Positions 13,001-25,580 of a DNA stretch of 64,000 nucleotides are shown in pieces. The position numbers and the translations under genes are program-made. The notes beneath the pieces are model-generated. The model saw only the letters and a list, made by a program, of their open reading frames with translations. It made no database searches and was not told the origin of the DNA. The stretch's first letter is position 1. Each line of letters starts with the position of its first letter. The DNA is from Glaucostegus cemiculus. Lineage: Eukaryota. The DNA lies in the NCBI GenBank assembly GCA_976551045.1, contig CDPCPM010000014.1, forward strand, positions 38,440,001-38,504,000, read 5' to 3'.

Positions 13001-14504
13001 AAATGTGCAGTAAATTACATCATTCCTTGTGCAATGCTCCTTTAGGGGTCATGTAGCGGAGATTAGATCACGTTCTTCCAGGAGCAACCCACCACTGGAC
13101 CCCTTGCAATACCTGACTAAGACCACACTATGGTACCCGACATCCGTAGGGCCCAGCCACTCCACTGCCTCAAACTATGCTTACCCCAAGACCACTATCC
13201 CATCCCCAATACCTCACAATATCCCCTCACCCTCCCTGTCCTCTGACCACTTATTTGATTGCCACTCCTGACCACAAATCTCCCACCTCTGCTCCCTTCA
13301 TGACCCCTAATGCCAGACCTATGACCACTGACTGTCTCATCTACCGCAGCCTCCATCCTGGACAACACTTTTGGTGAAGGGGTGCACAGCCTTGGGCACT
13401 ATTAAAAGTTTGCTGTGGTGGGGTCCATGGCCATGGCAGACCACTGTTATGACACCTAGTGTACCTTTCAGGGAATAGTAGAATTTCTAGGCCAGTAACT
13501 TCCCTGATGTAAGTTGGATGCAGCAGCATTTGACCCACAATTTATTACTGAAGTTGTTTGGTGACTTTAAAAATTTGTTTGTCAATAAATATAAAATGAT
13601 TCAGAAAATGCCTAGAATGTTCAAATTTTGTTTGCTTCATTTAAGGAGCATTGAATTCATAAAGTATATCCAGCAAATGCTCTTTTGCCAGGACAGCTTC
13701 CTATATCTAGGTACAACTGCTGAAATATATGGTCATCAGAAAGGCATCAATCCCAGTATAGTGAGAGACTCTGAAATTCAAAACCTATGATGACCTTGTT
13801 GGTTAGCAGCCTACTTCCTTTCATTAAGGACTTCAAGGTGTGTATATAATATCCAGATGAAACCTTGGACTTTTTGGTGGATTTGAACACCATATTTTCC
13901 CTATGTGACAGGTTTTAATGCAGACTACATTAGGAGCTGTCTGTGAGATTTCAAAATGAATTATGAATAGTCAGTGCAAAGTTCTACAGTGCAAAGCTTG
14001 AATAATAATTACTGTTGGCATTAATTTGGTGGGCGTCAGGATGTGGGATGGGAAATGAAAATACCGAATTATTTTTCTTAAGCGAGCTCTGGGACGTTGT
14101 AGGGTCAGTCTAAAGAGAACCTGATCATCATGCTTCACTCAGTCTGACAAAGTACAATTTGGCTTTAAAAAAAAATCGAAGGTACACAGTATACCAATAC
14201 TTAATTGGTAACTTAGAAATAAATTCACTCCTAAAGTAAATGGAAGATTGTAATAAATTATATACACAAGGAGACATCATGGTAGCTTTGCTTGTTAAGG
14301 TACAGATTCCCAAGGGAGAACTGATCCCAGCTGAATTTTTTTGTCTGGTAATTCCCTTGAGGTGGGGTAGATTGGAGGGGACGTCAGCCTGACACAATAT
14401 TGGAGAATAGGAGAGTCCCCTCTAAGGGTCCAAGTGTGTCGTGACAGAGGTGAGTGAGTCACAATCTTCTCTGAACATGATGTGTATTTGGATATTTGAA
14501 ACTG

Positions 14505-14586
14505 TAATCACTTGTACTGAGGTACAGTGAAAAGCTTGTCTTACAAACCAGTCGTATAGGTCAATTGATTACACAGTGCAGTTACT
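14505..14586 (-). mobile_element. Short LINE 3' UTR remnant (probably Rex1/Babar type)
   Basis: tcacttgtactgaggtacagtgaaaagcttgtcttac resembles the cagtacagtg-containing 3' UTR of the element at 27.1-27.4 kb. Confidence 0.4.
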
Positions 14587-15919
14587 GTTGCTGTTGAAAA
14601 ACTTCTGACACACTTGTTGAGGGAGCATAGGTACCATTAGTAGTGATCAAAGAGTGAATTTCTCCCCTCTGTCCTCAGTGGGCAATTGTCCTCGTTCACT
14701 GAGTACTTTTGATTTTTTTAACACTCTTGACATCGTGACAAATGTCATGCTTTGTATTTCGTAGTTGCCCCTGTGTGAAACGCGACAGTTGTCATTTATG
14801 CTTACAGGCAGATATATTTAAATCATCCTGTTTACAGATATTTCCATTTTGAAAGCCTCCTGCTATTTACACCAGAAGCCAATGGCATTACGACAAATTT
14901 CAGCAGCGTATTTAGGCAGCAAACATTTAACAGCATGAGGTTTAACATTAATATTCAAACCACAGAGTGAAATACAAACAGCACCTGCCTTGAACCTAGG
15001 TCATTTCTCAGGAAGAAATATTGCTCGGTGATTTGGAGAATGGCCATACGGTGGCTTTGAAGAAAAGTAATCAACATAACCTGAAGCTTAGGCGGTTAAG
15101 ATAGAACGTGTTACCAGATTTTATCATACACACTCCATTGTCCGCAGTAATGTGAATGATGCCCTTTGTAAAATGGATTTGCACTTGCTTATAACAGATT
15201 CATTCATGCACTCCTGTTCAGACACCTAACTGCACAGAATTTCAGAAGCTCTGCTTACAAATAGCTGGAGGTTTGTATAGATAATTCAGCTGGTGTATAG
15301 TTCAGAATGTTCGGAACATTCAGTACCAGTTCTTGATATTAGGTGTAAAATCAGTTTTACTCACATGATACTGGCAGACAATATCAGCATTGAACACTCA
15401 TTCTGAAACTTTTGATGACAAAACAACATCACAGACCTAATGATTGATCACTTAACATTTTTGGGGTGTGTGAAATTGATCAAAGCCCGAAGTAGAAATG
15501 AAGGCTGCTTGGTACAGTAGGTTGGACAAGGACCTTTCACATCTGGGATCTGGACTTGAAGTCATCCCAGTCCTATGAGGAAGGATTTTGTTTCTCAGGT
15601 CACTGGCTGACTGATCGAGCACCTCGCCTTGATGGGAATCACCACCAACTTTGGGGGCCATTTCCCTTTGCAATATCTTTGCTGGTGCACATTTTCTAAG
15701 CAGGTGTCTCACTACATTTCATTGTCTGTGGGCTAATGCAACATCAGATAGTTGAGAAACTGAGCTGGTCAACAGACAAAAAACTATCGGGGTGGTGGTG
15801 GGTGGGGGGTGCGTGGTATTTGCCTTGGAGATTATTGGTATTTTGGGCTGCTTCCTTTGCAGAACCCAGTATATCTGAGTGAAGCTGACACAAGCTGAAG
15901 TGCCTTGGTTATCTGCGTA

Positions 15920-16922
15920 CAGGCAACCCCTGTGTTACTCCTGTTCAGGTTACAGAATTCATAATCATGATCCAAGAAATTTGAGACACAGAGTAAAATT
16001 CGCTCTTACAGGGATTTATGTGAGGCAAAAATAAATAAACATAAAATGCAAAAGGAACAACAAGTTCTGTCAATTTTTATTTTTAGTCATTCAGTTCTGT
16101 GGGTCAATAAGAATTGGGTGTGACGTCACCGTGTCAATTGGGTTGGCAGTCACAGCCGAGTACCTCCTCTGCTACATCCTCTCCAGTCCAAGGACGTGAA
16201 CAGATGCCTCAAAGTGCAGTGCTGACGTGCTCTTCATCCACAAGGTACCTTCTCTGACGTGCTGCATTGTGTGGAGCCATGGTAGCCATGGCCAGTTCCT
16301 TAAAGTAATCCCTCAGTCTCTACTCTGTTTCCACTAGGTCACCATGCATTGGTCCGTTACCACCCAGAGCTCATTCTACTTCACCTTTCTCCCTTGAAAC
16401 CCGATCCTCAAATTGCAGCCTGATATCCCCACTTTTCTAAACTCTTCATAATCCACGAGCCTTTCACATCAGAGAAAGTGCCATGCAGAAGAAGAGCATG
16501 GCAGCACTGCACTCTGTTCACAGGTGCCCCGGTTGGAGAGGGGGTGGCAGAGGAGGGACTCGGCTGAGACTGCCAACCCAATCGACGGGGTGAACCTGAT
16601 ATCCAAATCTTATTGCCCCACAGTACTGACTGACTCAAAACAAAAATCGCTAAAATGTGTCGTTTCTTTCACACAAGCCTTGTCCATCCCCACCAACTAC
16701 CCCCCCTCACCCCCCCTCCACCGAGTCTAATGTTAGCCTCAGCTGTTAAATAATGGTAGTGGGTCACTTTATAACTGCTGTAAAATGGCTTAACACGAAA
16801 GAAAAACATCCCATAGGAACGCATCTCTGGGATTCAATGGGAAAAGGGGGTTCACGTTACAGAAAATCACAATGTGTAGGGTTTTCTAGGAATGCAACAG
16901 CTCTATGATGAGTGGTTGCCTG
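15920..16922. mobile_element. Non-autonomous Tc1/mariner (Tigger/pogo-like) DNA transposon, about 1.0 kb
   Basis: Terminal inverted repeats CAGGCAACC...GGTTGCCTG, flanked by TA on both sides (15918-15919 and 16923-16924); subterminal gttacagaa motifs at both ends. Confidence 0.75.
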
Positions 16923-16967
16923 TAAGCTGGAGGTTTTCACTTTGCTCAAATTAACAAGGTTATTATT

Positions 16968-17689
16968 TCAGAATCAGAATCAGTTTATTGTCACTTACAT
17001 GTACACACACACACAGCATACATGAAGGCGAGATATCGTACTCCACAGGCCAATGTGCAAAATACATTAAAGACAATAAAAGACAACAGGACAAAAACAT
17101 CAAAACATTGAAGCCGCGTGGACTTCGGTCTGCTGGTACAACACGTCTTCCAGCCCCAGCCTCACCCCGCACCGACGACCACCTCCAGCCCCGCAGTCCT
17201 ACAACCTCCGGGCCCACAGTCCAACAACCACCTCCGGCCCCGCAGTCCGATCTGATGACCACCTCCGGCCCCGCGGTCCGACGACCTCTGGCCCCGCAGT
17301 CCGACGACTTCCGGCTCCGCAGGCCGACCACCACTGGCCCCGCAGTCCGAAGACCTCCGGCCCCCCAGGCCGACCACCTCCGGCTCCGCAGGCCGACAAC
17401 CTCCGGCCCGGGCAGCCCCCTCACCGCCCGCAGCCCGAGGCCACCACGAGGCTCCAGGGCCTTCGACATGCTGTCGCCTCCGATGAGCTCTGACGAGCTG
17501 TCGGTGCTGTCAGCACAGACAACGAATCTATAAAACGAACATCAAGCGCACAAACATCAAGAACAAACATCAAGATCAAAGAACACAAGGAAAAAAAAAG
17601 CACAAAAACACTAAAAGACTAACAAAAAACACAAAGCACTACAGACCCGGGAGAGGCCGCTGCAACCGTGTGCGCCGCCATCTTGGATC
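16968..17689 (-). mobile_element. Young non-autonomous LINE derivative (5' end joined to 3' tail, no ORF2), probably a Rex1/Babar partner
   Basis: Minus strand begins CCAAGATGGCGGC (YY1-type LINE 5' motif, 17674-17686) and ends gtgacaataaa(ctgatt)n, matching the tail of the Rex1-like fragment at 27123; CpG-rich against a CpG-poor background. Confidence 0.7.
17174..17417. repeat. GC-rich 23-bp minisatellite, about 10 copies
   Basis: Consensus gacgacctccggccccgcagtcc repeated with substitutions and small insertions; accounts for the 168-aa and 181-aa repetitive ORFs. Confidence 0.92.
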
Positions 17690-17732
17690 AGCCCAATAAC
17701 TGGCCAAGGCTGCTGAGCTGTCTCTAGGAAGG

Positions 17733-18170
17733 GACTTTCATTTCTATAGCACATTTCACAAGCACAGGAAGTCTCAGCATTCAGTTGTGTGTTAATGACA
17801 TACTGTGTGATCCGAAAGCTTGGAACTACCTACCTGATTTTACTGACTGGGAGCACTTCACCACTACATGTGGTAATGGCAGCCATGCCCCAATCCTATG
17901 TATAAAGTAAAAGTAGTGTAGTTACTTATGTAACATTGGAAAATGCAGCAATTAATTTGTTGAACATTTTGTCCTATAAACAGCAGTGTCATAAGGATCA
18001 TAATCTGCTTTACTGTTATTTGGCCAAGTCATCAATATCGATCAGGACACCAGAATGAGTTCTATGCTCCATATTCAGTGATACTATGATATCTTTTACA
18101 GGGGGCAGACAAGGCATCCCATTAACTAAATGGTAGTGGGACTTTTGGTAATGTATTTCAGTACTGGGTG
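17733..18170 (-). mobile_element. Decayed DeuSINE-like element, interrupted by an insertion of about 120 bp
   Basis: Reverse complement of the L2-type tail (catttctatagcacatttcac) and central domain (cataatctg...caggacaccag...atcttttac); similar to 33278-33515 and 61655-62070. Confidence 0.55.
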
Positions 18171-21057
18171 TCTCATTTCCATTTCTGAACCCTAACTCCA
18201 ATCCATTTCCATGGGGCAGATTAAGTTAAAGTGTCTCCATGGGTTGAAAGCTTCTCCTCTCTGCTAGTTGTGAAGCATCTACTGTGACCTTAATTCGGCC
18301 TAATTCCAATTGTTAATGAAAATGAGGCATTAGCAAAAAATACTCCTAATTTGGTTCTAAATATCAATTTCACTTTCAAAGGTCACAAAATGGTTGGCAT
18401 GGGAAATGGAAAAGGTCACATTGGTGTAATAAGGTCTGCTCTACTGAGGTTTCATTTGAGGGGTTTGTTAAGGCAAAGCAAAAAATTACTTTACTCAAAA
18501 CATCTTACACAGCCAGAGAGGACCCTTGGGACTCATGGTATTCTCTGTGCTTGTGCCAATAATCTTTATCATGACAAGCACAATATTCATTTAAAAGGAA
18601 ATGCTGAAATAATATATTTTACACTATTTGTAGCTGAAAAACATATAACTATGTAGAGTATCAATGACGGTGTTCTTAATTAACGGTTGTTAATTTAGAA
18701 AAAAAATAAAAATGAAACTAGGAATAGGACCAAGAATTAGTCATCATCTAAAAGTGGATGGATGCCTTTCCATGTCTTAATTAGAAAGCACAAAAGATTG
18801 AGATGATTACCCACAAACCATTGCTGTTTCCTCATACTAATTGACTCAGTGTGTATGCCAGGTCATTCTTGCATTCCGTCAGGCAGTGTATGTAAAGGCA
18901 TTGAGGCGAGCCACCTGCTTTTCTAAATGCATTAAAACATGGTGTCACTTATGAAATTATTGTTGTTTGACATTTAAAATGGTGCATTAATCACAGTTAA
19001 TTATGTGACATACTACAACATGTGCTAGAGGCCAGTTGCAGAACTAGCTACTGTGGGTGATTTAAAGGCAAAATTAAGTGCCTTGCGGTGGATATTTTAC
19101 TGCTGAGTGCTGCTTATGCAGAGCAGTCATCTAAAATAGGATTGTCTTAGGAATAAATACCAGCAGCCTCTGCCTTGTAAGCTGAACAGCATCCTGAAAA
19201 AGACTTGCTGTTATTATAGAATTTACAGAAATAAATTTGCCTTTTTATTGTACAAGGAAATAGAATAAAAAAAACCATTGGAAGGGCATCACATTTCTAT
19301 TTTCATTTTCAGCAATTTCAGTATCAGGTAAATGGCAAGATTATGCATTTCATTTAAGGAACTCAACCCTAACAATAAAAATAGAATCCTTTGCACCCAC
19401 CCACCTCTAAAAAAGCTTTTGTGCAGCTGAGCTTAAACTACAATTGTGAGCCTCATTAGAAAATCTTTAAGGCTCATGGGTATGTTTAGTCTTCATTCAC
19501 ATTTTGCTAAACCACACTGGGCACAGTTAAGTGATTTTTTTTGAGAGGGAGAGCGAAGAATGGCAGATGTACTGATTGGTTTTGCAAATAAAGGGCAGGC
19601 AGATGGTAGAAGAGACAAAATATTACTGCTGCATGTCTGTGTGTATACAACACAGGGCTTGCATCTGATGCACTTCAGGAAGCTGCTGCTTGTTTGAATT
19701 TTACAGGTGTTGCCTCCATCCAATTCCAGAAGTGCAGCCTTACAGGTACAGTTTGATTGTCAGGACAAACGTTTCACTTTTTGTTACTAGAAAGTATTAA
19801 CATGTCAGTAACGGCTGCCATTAGCACTGCCTTTGCAAAAGTATGAAGGGTTCTGATTTAAATTGCTTGTACATTGACTAAAAGCCAGTTCTTTTCCATT
19901 ATGTTGAAGAAATAGACGCATGAATGGCACAAATTAATCAAATTCAAGGCAAGAATAGAAGGCTCTCGGCAACTAAATGCATGTGAAAGCTGTTTTTAAA
20001 ATGTGGGTGAAGACCCATCAAATCAACATAAAAAATGGTTGGCTTATTAAGTCTGTGGGATTGTGAGGCTTGACCAAGCCTGTATGCCACCATTGAAGGG
20101 GGAACAAGGCAGTAGGCTGCACAGGGGACATTTCCCCCACCCCAATTGATGCTGCTGGGGCTGTGAAAGAACTCCTTGGTGAGTTGGGGTCAGAGGTTGA
20201 AATGCAGTGCCAGCTGACAAGTTTTGCTTCATTACGATGGCAGCGCCCTATTCAGGACCGGAGAGAGAAAAATACATTTTCACTCAGAGATGCTGTAAGA
20301 CCACTGCTATTATGTGTGACAAGGAGATCTTTCACTGAAAATTGGAGGTCTCTATTTATAAAGTGTTTCAATTTTCCCAGTTTCCTTGCTCAATATTAAC
20401 ATAAGTAAGAACTACAGAGTAATGACTTCTTTATGCTAATCATTTAAATATCTTCCATTTAAGTATATTTTGTGTTTCCGTTTAAATATTTTTGGGATCC
20501 TATAGTACAAGTATTCAGCAATGTAATATAAATAGAAGGAAATTATGAAAAATGTGAAGAACAAAGCTCTTCAATTAAAATGGAGGTTATTTGCAAGTAG
20601 AAAAAAATGTATGATTATCTGTAATTTTTAATAACCGAGGAAGGTGATCTGTATGAATTTTTTTTCCTCTGTGGTACTTTTACTGTGACCTTCTATTGTT
20701 CACTGTTGTACATTCAGTAGTAATCTGTCAGGGATATAGCTTCATGGGATTTAAAATGTATCTGAAACATGCTCTGGAGTTATATTATCTGTCACATCTT
20801 CACACAACGATGGGCTGACAATAGTGATGGTAGGGATACGATTCAAAGCCTTCACAAAAAAAAGTAAAATAATGTGTCTGTGATATGTAATTTCAGAAGG
20901 TCTTGCTTCCTTGTAGGCCCTCATTCTATATCAGAAATACCACAAAGTCTACAAGGATTTAGTAACTGTTGGTTTGTAGCAGGTGCAGTGACCAGATTCC
21001 ACGTAACTAGATCTCTCAAACTCTGACAAGTTGGCTGCCTGTTAAACTGTTATGTTA

Positions 21058-21145
21058 TAAAAACTTAAAATGCTGGAAATACTCAGCGTGTCAGGCAGCA
21101 TTTGTACAGGTAATGTTCAGGTTGATGACCTTTCAATGGGACTGC
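21058..21145 (-). mobile_element. Penelope-like terminal repeat fragment
   Basis: aaaatgctggaaatactcagcgtgtcaggcagcatttg...ttcaggttgatgacctttca is the reverse complement of the repeat at 46520-46623. Confidence 0.65.
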
Positions 21146-21299
21146 CTTGATAGTTTGGCAGAGGAATGTCAAGCAAGAAATAATGCAGTTTGTCGTCATG
21201 TAGCACCGGGCGGTCTTTGAAACCCACTTGAATGAATCTTAACTCTAAGGTCCAGCAGAAGGTTGGTCAATTATTCTAACACTGCCCCCTATCATTAAT

Positions 21300-21590
21300 T
21301 TTATTTTATTTATCATTCGAAGGATGTGGACCATGTTGGCAAGATCAGTGTTTAAAATTCATCTTTAATTACTCCTGAAGTGAGTGACTTTATGGCCACT
21401 TCAAAGTATGTGGATTTTTAGCAATAATCCAGTTGTCCTTTATGGTCACTATAGCTGGTACTAACTTTATTCTAGATTTCCTTAGTTACATTTAAATCCC
21501 CAGGTGCATTGTTGGGATTTAAACGCCTGCCTATGGAGCAATAGTTTAAGTCACTAGATTGTTAATTCAGTAACTTCACCATGCTACTGT
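21300..21590 (-). mobile_element. tRNA-derived SINE (same family as 27950-28300), decayed
   Basis: Reverse complement of the family pattern: tttattcatt...gatgtgg...ttggcaag and atttaaatccc...gggatttaaac...agtaac. Confidence 0.6.
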
Positions 21591-21670
21591 ATCGGAATTA
21601 GCAGAACTCTGTGTAGCTGTCAGAATTTTTGTTCCCTCCAATCATTAAGCAGGTCCAAACGTTTCGAATT

Positions 21671-21746
21671 CCAAGTTCAAGTTTATTGTTATAGGCATAC
21701 ATACACAGGGTATAAATGCCATGAAAATTTTTTTTTTTGCAGCAGC
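21671..21746 (-). mobile_element. LINE 3' tail remnant
   Basis: (aagttc)n-tttattgt...ttttgcagcagc, same layout as the tails at 16968 and 27123. Confidence 0.45.
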
Positions 21747-21782
21747 TTCAATGGTCCTTAAAAATTGGTTTGCTGACCATTA

Positions 21783-21804
21783 GTGTGTGTGTGTGTGTGT
21801 GTGT
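21783..21804. repeat. (GT)11 microsatellite
   Basis: Perfect GT run. Confidence 0.95.
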
Positions 21805-24800
21805 CCTGCTGTTGGAAGTGCTCAGATGAAAATATACCCCATAACTTTTTGTGTCCTGACTTTGTTGTGGTTAAGGCTTTGCCACCCCTTCTTGTGAATG
21901 AAATGTTGAGTATCTTTCATTTGACATCTGTAAGGGCTCCTGTTTCGTATTCAGGCAGACTTGCCTAAATTATGATATCCATTTCATTTCTTAAGATTTG
22001 TTTTTCCTAGTCTAAGAACCTCTGGTGAACCAGTGATCAAAAGATAGTCAAGTAGACACTGAAATATATTTTATTTCTGCCAAAGGCTGACCCAAGTTTG
22101 ATTTATTTCAGGAGCTCACGATGGCAAAATCTTACCTGCCCCCTCACGCATGAAATTACTTTTTGGTTTGCACAGAGCTTATGTTATCTACCTAAACCAA
22201 ACTATAGGCACTATTTAACTATGAAGCTTAAGAGTAGGTAGTAAAACATAAAGTTTTCTATTATTCACTGACAGGCCAGTAGTCAGGAGGGAACATTCTG
22301 CCCATGTGCTGACTGCTCTGTGGCCCACCAAGGCAGGTGTGTTACTTGAGGCAGCTACCTGGAATGACTTGCATGCTTTCACTAATCTTGGTCTGACAGC
22401 TGAATCTGACAAACTTTTAAGCACAAGTGTTTGAAGCTGAGCTGAACATTTAGGTCTTCTGATATTTTTTACATTGCTGCATGCATAGCGGGAGAGCAGT
22501 TTTCATGAGGAGAACATTGATTGATGTCTGCCCCATTTTTCTTCTGCAGTGTGCAAATGGAGTGCTGGCACAAAAGAGGCTTGTGTTGCCTCTAATGACA
22601 ATTCTTAGAACCAACAACCGAAGGATCCACCTTTTTATATCGTCAGGTGATCCCATTGAAGGATATATCACAATGTTGAAGCATATCAGCATGGATCGAT
22701 TTCTGTTTACTTTTTACGTTTATTGTGATTGCTGTCCCTTGGAGCAAAGGTCTGACATGAACCAGTGAATAAATAGAGGATAGTCAAATGGGTAGTTGGG
22801 AATATTTTACATCGTTACTGTTCTGTGTTCAGGCAAACTTGAGTCAAATAGAAGTGCCAGAAACTTATTGAAGAGGGGAGATGGAAGGAAGGAGATGCAA
22901 GGAAAGCGATTTGAGCTTGATAACAGAATTATAGATTTACTAATGAAGGAAATAGGTGAGAGAAATACATTGGCAGGAAAAGGCAGTGCATGATAGACCA
23001 GTGAAATGGCAGATAAAGAATAAGAGAGTGGGGAAAAAAAGACACAAAACATTTTTAAGAAAAGTGATCATTATTTTTCTATGAATACTGGAGTAGGAAA
23101 TCAATTAATTATTATACACTGTGTGCTTGACTTGTGACATGATTCCGTCATTATAAATCAATGTACCTCTGACCAGGAATTAAAATGGGTGCATTCATTT
23201 CTGATCATGATGCCTCAAATCCAGCTTTTATCTTCACTGGCCATGTAAGGTGATCCTCTAAGGTTAGCAGAAAAATGTTGAATTGTACTCTAGTCTTTTG
23301 GGCTGTTGTTTCAGTTTAGGTTTCTCTTTCTGCCTATCAGAAGCTTTTGCCAAAGTTGATAGAGCTGGAGGATTCAGTGCTTAGGAGAGCAGTTTAAGAG
23401 CACATTAGAAATGAAGAGTTGACTTTTTCTGGAGTCTGCTACCTCACATGAATATTCCCCTTTCATGTTCTGATTTCTTGTTTGGTTTCGGTAATGATCT
23501 TCTAACTGTACTTCAAAAAGTAAAAACAGTTGGAGGACAAGGGATCTGCAAAAGCTTCAGCTGTTCATGTTGGTCCAAACCTCAGAATTACTGTTTCGGT
23601 GACAGATTCAGCAATGAACTCCTAACATAACTGGCCACGTATCAAATCACCCATGAAATGAGAATTTTGAAATGCAGCACAATGTATGCTTTCATTTGTC
23701 CATTGGGTATTAGTATGATTTTCCTAATTTTTCTGAAATATTTCACTCTTTTCTGTGTCGGTTCCTTATTTGGGAACAGGTTTGAATCAATCCCTTTTTA
23801 ACTGCTTGAAATTTATGCTAAATAGTATTGTTATTCATGTAGATAATATGCTCTTCCTAAGGTACAGAAGCAGTAGATTATGGAATGGTGAATCCACAGT
23901 TGCACTAATACATTCTTGCCACTGTTAGAAGTAAAGTGAATGCTGCTTAGACTTCAATGAGTCTGACCAATTATTTTCAATATCCCTAAAGGAGGGCATG
24001 GTTGAAGGTTATAAAGGGATGAGCAAACGTGGGTGGAGTTAAACTTTTCAGATACTGTACTAAATCCACACAGAGTGGGTGTATAATGCTAATTATTTTA
24101 ATCTGTGAGCAGTATTGTAAAATGAATTTTCATAAAATATATAAAAACACATCATTCTGTGCAATGATATTATGCATTTCCAGAGTGTGCGTTGAAGCAG
24201 GAGCTCCTTAACTTTTGCCCTTCTGTTTTATTTACCAACATTCCTAAATGTGTAATTGCCATGTAATACTGACCCCATTCAAAAATAATTCTGAAACTAA
24301 GTCTCTTGTCATAATTGCCTATTACTTTTTCCTTTGAGGTCAAACCTGGATATACCCATTCTCTGCTCGCAAGTAATGATATGATGAAATTACTCCCATT
24401 CTTTTGTTAAACTGTTAGAATAATCTTCTGTCCTGCCCTTTCCTTTTGAAAACTGTAAATGAACAGCATAATAGATTCTTCCATGTCATTCCTTCCATAT
24501 TTGTATTCTGCACAGCATCTGTTAGATGGCAATCTTACCAAAGGAGACATCAATATTGAGCTTAATTCTGCTCTCATCATCTTCCATGGAGCTGCGTATA
24601 TTATCAGAGATCCCATAATATAGAGCAGGAGTGGGATATTCCAGTCCCAGGATGCTGAGCCAGATGGAACTGCCCCATTGCTTCTCTAATTGGGATTAAC
24701 TAGCTCCTCCTGGACAGGGAATTGAATTTGTTATCACGATAGGTGTTTCTTTAGTGCAGTGAGCCATTTGGGTTTCTTATGAGTTGTGCAATATGTGGCA

Positions 24801-25422
24801 ATGACCCTGGTAGAAAATGCTTCTATTTTCACTATTTTCCTGAGAAAGCATAATAGATTTGAAATGTCCCCTTTAGTGAGTTTTGCCTGTATCGCTGGCA
24901 CCGATTTAACGACTGCTGGTGAAATACTAACTGCTTCGGGTTGCACATGTTAAACAAATGGCCAGTTCAGGTTACCCTCACCACCTCTTGGATTTATTAC
25001 CTGATACTTGAGTATGAGCCAGATGGAGCTCAAAGCAATCAGTGGAATTCCTTGCATTCTACCATTGAAGAACTGGTTGAGATTAATTAAACTGCTGATA
25101 ACCTACACTGTGAAATAGTTATTATTTTGCTATATTTTCTTTCTAGTTCATACTTATTTTTATTGAGTTATGAAATTATGATGCATTCCCATAAAAGGTT
25201 AATGTAGTTCAATGGATAAAATTTGTAACAGCTTTTGGGACAGAGAAGAAGTCAAGTATTTTTTCATAGCTTTAAGTTTGAGTCGGTTTGGAGTGAACTG
25301 ATTTATGACAATGCAAAGTAGCAAGTGAAGGTGCCTATGAATGAGAGGGAAGAAGACTCACATGACGAGTTAGACTGAGAGGGTCATGGGCACTTCCGAT
25401 GGCAGACTACAGGTTAAATATT

Positions 25423-25580
25423 AAAAAAACCAGAAAATGCCAAAATAATTCAGGATGCAGGACCTTCCATCTTGTTTGGATGAAAGTTCACTGATCTGAA
25501 ATGTTAACTCAATTCCTCCATCTACAGTTGGTTCCTAATCTGCCACATAATATCAGCAGTTTTTGTTTACCTCTTCAGGA
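25423..25580. mobile_element. Decayed inverted pair of Penelope-like terminal repeats
   Basis: aaccagaaaatgccaaaataattcagg followed by gatgaaagttcactgatctgaaatgttaactc...cagcagtttttgttt. Confidence 0.5.

Noticed and set aside
17174-17417. CRISPR-like array
   Set aside because: Units are contiguous with no unique spacers, there are no cas genes, and the context is eukaryotic
17490-17530. Hammerhead-like CTGACGA followed by a GCTG/CAGC stem
   Set aside because: The required GAAA after stem II is absent
16963-17533. The longest ORFs (168 aa and 181 aa, rich in Pro/Arg/Gly) as real genes
   Set aside because: They run through a GC-rich 23-bp minisatellite (period not divisible by 3) inside a retroelement and are open on both strands
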